A stretch of 64,000 bases of DNA from Squalus acanthias (Eukaryota): positions 117,802,001 to 117,866,000 of the forward strand of contig CM059432.1 in the NCBI GenBank assembly GCA_030390025.1. The letters run 5' to 3'. The notes under the pieces were generated by a model. The model worked only from the letters and a program-made list of their open reading frames with translations, did not search any database and was not told where the DNA came from. Positions 59,845 to 64,000 of the stretch are shown piece by piece (position 1 is the stretch's first letter; each line of letters starts with the position of its first letter). The position numbers and the translations under genes are program-made.

Positions 59845-62800
59845 TGATATTGTAAACAGTTCCCTCTCCTCTGGTACTGTTCCCCTCCCTTTCAAATCTG
59901 CCATCATAACCCCCCTCTTCAAAAAACTAACCCTTGACCCCTCCGTCCTTGCAAATCTCCAACCTCCCTTTCCTCTCCAAAGTCCTTGAAGGTGTTGTTG
60001 CCTCACAAATCTGTGCCCATCTTTCCCACAACTCCATATTTGAACCTCCCCAATTAGGTTTCCACCTCTTATCAAAGTCATAAAGGACATCCTATGTAAA
60101 TGTGACTGTGGTAAACTATCTCTCCTCGTCCTTCTCGAGCTGTCTGCAGTCTTTGACACAGTTGACCACACTATCCTCCTCCAAAACCTTTCCGTTGTCC
60201 AGCTGGGTAGGAATGCCCTCTCCTGGTTTCATTCTTATCTATCCAGTCTTAGCCAGAAAATCTCGTGCAATGGCTTTTCTTCCAACACCTACCTTTGGAG
60301 TCCCCCAAGGATCAATCCTTTGTAAGGGATTCTGACCCTGCGTGTCTCGCAGCCTGTGAGATTCACGCGGCTCTGTGCAGCCTGTATGTCAGTGCGGGTT
60401 TAGGCCTTGTTGCCTGTTCTGGTCTCCAGCCAGTCTGGGAGCACTAGACACACCTGTGAGTGGTTCGAATCACTCGCCCTTACGGTTCTAGACACTGGAC
60501 TTAGATGCGAGAGCAGTAATGGAGATGAAACTCATGTAGACTCGGTTGAATGGTACGAAATGGAAAATCTTTATTGCATGATAATTAAGATTACGAAATA
60601 CATGTCATAAGCACAGATTAATGACAGTACAATCTTACGCACAGTTATGTAACTAATTCTAGGGAAACGAGGAACGAACGACGCACCGTAAATGGGGGCA
60701 CACATTACAAGTATCCTTAATACTTAAACCCTCCCCTATCAATATCTGTCCTAGCTAGATTCGTAGGATTCGAGACTCATGCTCACCACTCGTGATAACT
60801 CGGAGAAATTCCGAATAGCTGATCGGATGTTTTTCACCGCAGCACCCACGTGTCGATCAGGAGGTCTCCAGGTCCCACTTGTTTACTTGCTTCTGCTCCG
60901 GCTAGCAGGCTGGACCGTCTGCTGTGATGAAGATCTGTGTTGGTTGGTTTAACAGGTACTTTCCGAATACAGCCCAGTCAATATCATCTTTGACGATCCG
61001 TTCTTGCAAGTTCAAAGAAGTCTTCCTGGCAAGGAAAACTTGGCTGTTCGACCTACAGGCACGGTCGGGATTTACTGACCGTGGCGATGAGTATGGTCTT
61101 CCTCTCTTCTCATCTCATCTCATCTCATCTCATCTCATCTCATCTCGGGCCTTTGGTTCCGATGCCAGTTACCAACATAGGTCTTCGTTACGCGACACGA
61201 GGTAGATCCGAACGGATCAGAAAGTTCAACAGTCTTTTTCAAAGAGGCACCAGGCAAGCAGGAACAAGACTACGAGTCAAAAACACAGGAGCAGCCACGA
61301 GGTTACGAGTCGATCGGATAAGCGAATAAGAGAAAGATGGACGGTTGGAGCTTGTAATTATAGTACAAAATCTTCCGTTTCCCGCCCAACCTTAATGTCC
61401 TTTCTTTTGTTTGAGTTTGGCGCTCAAATGTCTTGTATGGGTGATCTCCGTTCTTAATGGGTTTCGGGGCTACTCGTAACTGTCTGAGTACCTGTTAATA
61501 TTTCTCCCATTGTTAAATCGGTCGGTGTTCTCCCTGGAGGGGTTTTGGGGCTTCCAAGTGTTTTGTATAACTACCTGCTAACGGCTCTCTCATCGTAGAG
61601 TCGTTGGGATTTTACATATTAATGTCTTTTGGATGGGCCCTTGATTACTCGGTACAATAGCTTTCATTCGTACCTGGGAGACCGATTTCAGTATTTATGT
61701 GTATACTGCAAACCCATAATGTCTCGTGTATTATCTTCACTGTGCTGAATCTTAATCGATCTTGCACAAATGTTTATTGGAACGCCATCTTGTCTGCCTG
61801 TCGAAAAGTCTAGAATGTTCTGTCACGAGGTGCGGCGGCCATTTTACAGGCTGCTTGTGTCCACTTTGAGAAACCTGACAGCATTCTGCTGAAATAAAAG
61901 CTGTTTGAACGAGACTCTGTGTTTTCTCCTTATTAATAAAATCGCGATATATTGCGAATTCTACACCTTGGCCCCCTCCTATTTCTCATCTGCATGCTGC
62001 CCCTCGGCGACATCATCTGAAAATGTAACATCAGATTCCAGATGTACACTGACCTCTCTTGACCCCTTTGCTGCCTATGAGTATTGGATGAGCAGAAATA
62101 TCCTCCAATTAAATATTGGGAAGACTGAAGCCATTGTCTTCGGTCCCCACCACGAGCGCCATTCCCTAGCCACCGATTCCATCCCTGTCACTGGCCGCTG
62201 TCTCAGGTTGAACCAAACTGTTCACAACCTTGGCCTCCTATTTGACCCTGAGCTGAGCTTCTGACCCCATATCTTCTCCATCACCAAGACTGCCAACTTC
62301 CACCTCCATAATATTGCCCATCTCAACCCCTGCCTCTGCCGCTCTGCTGCTGAAACCTTCATCCATGCCTTTGTTATCTCCAGACTCGATTAGTTCAATG
62401 CTCTCCTGGCTGGTCTCCCATCTTCTGCCCTCCGTAAACTTGAGCCCATCCAAAACTCTGCTGCCTGTATCCTAACTCACACCAAGTCTCATTCACACAT
62501 CACCCCATCATCGCTGACCTATATTGGCTCCAGTAAATGCCTCAAATTTAAAATTCTCATCCTTTTGATCAAACCCCTCCATGGCCTCACTCCTCCCTAT
62601 CTCTGTAATCTCCTCCAGCCCTACGGCCCTCTGAGAACTCTGCTTTCCTCTTAATCTGGCCTCTTTTGCTTCCCCGATTTCCATCGCCCCACAATTGGCA
62701 GCCATGCATTCAGCTGTCTCGGCCCCAAACACTGCAATTCCTTCCCTAAACCTCTCCACCTCTCTACCTCTCTTTCCTGCTTTAAGGCACTCTTTAAAAT

Positions 62801-62945
62801 CTACCTCTTTGGCCAAGGGTTTGGTCACCTGGCCTAATATCACCTTATGTGGCTTGGTGTCACATTTTGTCTGATAACGCTCCTGTGAGACGTCTTGGGA
62901 GGTTTTACTATGTTAAAGGTCCTATATAAATGCAAGTTGTTATTG
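59845..62945 (+). mobile_element. L2-clade LINE 3' part, interrupted by a solo LTR
   Basis: GVPQGSIL|GPLLF is split exactly by the LTR; LQLNIGKTEAIVFG; L2 3' end TATATAAATGCAAGTTGTT. Confidence 0.85.
60321..61965 (-). mobile_element. Solo LTR (1645 bp) related to the provirus LTR
   Basis: Minus-strand TGTAG...CCCTTACA termini, 4-bp TSD CCTT, colinear with 22426-24052, including the (GAGAT)n tract. Confidence 0.95.
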
Positions 62946-64000
62946 TAACGGCACCCTGATTTGCATAAATTCTTGAGGCTCTCACCTGCTTCAGGCAACT
63001 GCCTCAGCCACCTAACTGCAGGAAGCAGTTATAATGTTGGCAAGTGGGAACGAGATTGACGTAAGAAAACTACTAGGCACTTGGTTAACTGTTAAACAAA
63101 ACTTTAATCAACTGTTTTACAACATGGAGGTCCAGTTGTCCTTCACTAGTTCCTGTTAAAGAATGTCCTGAGCAAGCTGGGCCCATGCCCGAGTATTTAT
63201 ACTCTCCCTGGACAGCACCACCAGCAGGTCGCCCAGTATTATGTCATAAGTCATTTCCCATGAATGACAAGATTCATGTCAGAGGCAGTAAGGCAGAATG
63301 TTCCATTTTAAAGGCCCCGCCTCGCCATTTCTGCCAGGTGGGGTGGGTTAAAATTCCCCATTATTTTGAGGGATTCAGCTGCGTCTGAAGAGAACATTAT
63401 ATCAAGAAGCTTTGGCCGCAAAATTCATCTACGTAGCTCCGATACTTTGGTTGTTTTTTTCTGAAATGGCATCCGCCTCGCTTCCGCCCACTTACGGCGC
63501 GGCCCGTCCTGATCACCATCTTGGTGAGGGCGATAGCGCAGGTGGTGCGCCGGCAATATGCAGAGTTGGCAGAACGTGACGTCAGTCCGGGTGTAATGCT
63601 GATTGGATGCACAACCTGCCATTTTCGACGTCGCCGCTCCATTCAACACCCTTCCTAAACACGTACAGCTGAACATGCTTTCAGCTGCAGGAAGGACCCC
63701 CCCACCAGCGCTAGTTAAAGGGCTACATCCAACTTGCAGCTAAGTTGCTATTGCTTTTGTACTGGGTCTTGCAGAGTTTGTAGGAGTGCTGGGTTTTTGC
63801 TGTAAGAGATTTCAAAAGTTGTTAAAGTGTGCAGGGAGTGCTGCTGGACGTTGGGAAGGTGTTGGCTGCAACCGGAAGGCCCCTGAATACACCACTTGCT
63901 CCCAGTCAAGGGGGCTCTAGTTGCAGTCTCCCTCGCACTGCAGCATGACAGGGAGATGGAGCAGAGGCAGAAGAGAAGTCAAGCTGCTCGCAGAGGGAGG

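Overview
Repeat-dense vertebrate genomic DNA, almost certainly from a cartilaginous fish (it carries an HE1-type V-SINE, DeuSINE-like tRNA SINEs, CR1 and L2 LINEs, Penelope-like ends and Harbinger-type MITEs). I could not identify a host protein-coding gene. The main feature is a young, nearly complete 12.2-kb endogenous retrovirus-like provirus (11853-24052, + strand). It has 1.6-kb LTRs that differ by about 1%, an 18-nt tRNA-Arg PBS, and a gag with a coiled-coil N-terminus, an overlapping PSAPPSY late domain and a CCHC knuckle. Gag and pol are in one frame joined by a CAA-UGA-CUAG readthrough-type stop. Pol encodes PR, YVDD RT, a degenerate RNase H, a second retrovirus-type RNase H, IN and a long acidic tail. 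The env is built like a paramyxo/pneumovirus class I F protein rather than retroviral SU/TM, and has an immunoglobulin-like domain near its N-terminus. This architecture fits a lokiretrovirus-like lineage (inference; no search was run). Three related solo LTRs with 4-bp TSDs lie in the same window. Penelope-derived short insertions carry minimal hammerhead-ribozyme cores, fold-back structures and a shared TGTCT-containing target duplication. All family assignments come from motif recognition by eye, and boundaries of old repeats are approximate.
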